NCBI RefSeq assembly: GCF_048403405.1
Contig: NZ_CP183129.1
Source of the DNA: Escherichia coli
GTDB taxonomy: Bacteria; Pseudomonadota; Gammaproteobacteria; Enterobacterales; Enterobacteriaceae
Length of the DNA stretch: 64,000 bases
Strand: one strand, 5' to 3'
Shown here: piece by piece, positions 63,419 through 64,000 of the stretch
Position numbering within the stretch: the first letter of the stretch is position 1
How the letters are laid out: the number at the start of each line of letters is the position of its first letter
Translations under genes and position numbers: made by a program
Notes under the pieces: model-generated
Seen by the model: the letters and a program-made list of their open reading frames with translations, nothing else
The model's database searches: none
Told to the model about the DNA's origin: nothing

Positions 63419-64000
63419 GTGCGGGTATTACTTAGACCTGTTCTGGTGCCTGAGCTTGGGCTGGTGGTCCTTAAGCCGGGCCGTGAATCCATACAGATAT
63501 TTCATAATCCTCGAGTGCTGGTGGAACCGGAACCAAAAAGCATGCGTAATCTGCCATCCGGAGTCGTTCCTGCCGTTCGCCAGCCGCTGGCGGAAGACAA
63601 AACATTGCTGCCGTTTTTTAGTAACGAACGGGTGATTCGTGCTGCTGGCGGCGTTGGCGCATTGTCTGACTGGCTATTACGTCATGTTACATCCTGCCAG
63701 TGGCCTAATGGCGATTACCATCACACTGAAACAGTCATTCACCGTTATGGTACCGGCGCAATGGTGTTGTGCTGGCACTGCGACAACCAACTGCGTGACC
63801 AGACATCGGAATCACTGGAGCTGCTTGCTCAACAAAATCTGACAGCATGGGTGATTGACGTCATCCGTCACGCAATAAGCGGTACGCAGGAGCGGGAATT
63901 ATCTTTGGCTGAATTATCCTGGTGGGCGGTCTGCAATCAGGTGGTGGATGCACTACCTGAGGCTGTATCGCGTCGTTCGCTGGGATTACCAGCGGAAAAA
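63419..64000 (+). CDS. YdfU-like prophage protein (5' part only; runs off the window)
   Basis: Hand-translated from a GTG at 63419 with GGAGG RBS: VRVLLRPVLVPELGLVVLKPGRESIQIF..., open to the window end (194 codons). Absent from the ORF track because it has no in-window stop. Confidence 0.6.
   Translation, partial: MRVLLRPVLVPELGLVVLKPGRESIQIFHNPRVLVEPEPKSMRNLPSGVVPAVRQPLAEDKTLLPFFSNERVIRAAGGVGALSDWLLRHVTSCQWPNGDYHHTETVIHRYGTGAMVLCWHCDNQLRDQTSESLELLAQQNLTAWVIDVIRHAISGTQERELSLAELSWWAVCNQVVDALPEAVSRRSLGLPAEK

Larger units (their letters stand above)
51542..64000. mobile_element. lambdoid Qin-like prophage (left end inside ydfJ; continues beyond the window)
   Basis: Contiguous block of integrase, excisionase, exonuclease, ydfD-dicB-dicF, DicA/DicC-like immunity genes, O-like replication gene with iterons, hok and rem, in the same order as K-12 Qin but with intact int/xis/exo. 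Confidence 0.9.

Overview
This window reads as an Escherichia coli chromosomal segment with K-12-like gene order (ydgJ through rspB, about 1..51.4 kb), followed by a lambdoid Qin-like prophage inserted in ydfJ that runs to the end of the window (about 51.5..64 kb). Gene identities come from reading the supplied translations and recalling known E. coli proteins; no database search was run, so names and lengths are from memory. The core part carries add, malYX/malI, hdhA, uidRABC, manA, fumA/fumC, tus with a TerB-like site, rstAB, folM, pntAB, tqsA, mdtJI, asr, mlc, clcB, the ynfEFGH-dmsD reductase operon, speG and rspAB. Many supplied ORFs have in-frame N-terminal extensions; I re-set starts to internal start codons that give the remembered protein length, several of which I checked for an ATG or RBS in the sequence. 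The prophage part has an apparently intact integrase/excisionase, an 823-aa exonuclease, the ydfD-dicB-dicF module, DicA/DicC-like immunity genes with palindromic operators, and an O-like replication gene with internal iterons. The most interesting feature is an AT-rich cargo gene (60689..61714) for a 341-aa protein with all four RelA/SpoT synthetase motifs and no hydrolase or ribosome-binding domains. It sits next to an orphan hok toxin, where K-12 carries relBE, and is a candidate fused toxSAS (CapRel-like) abortive-infection module. No CRISPR arrays, rRNA, tRNA or IS elements were recognised.
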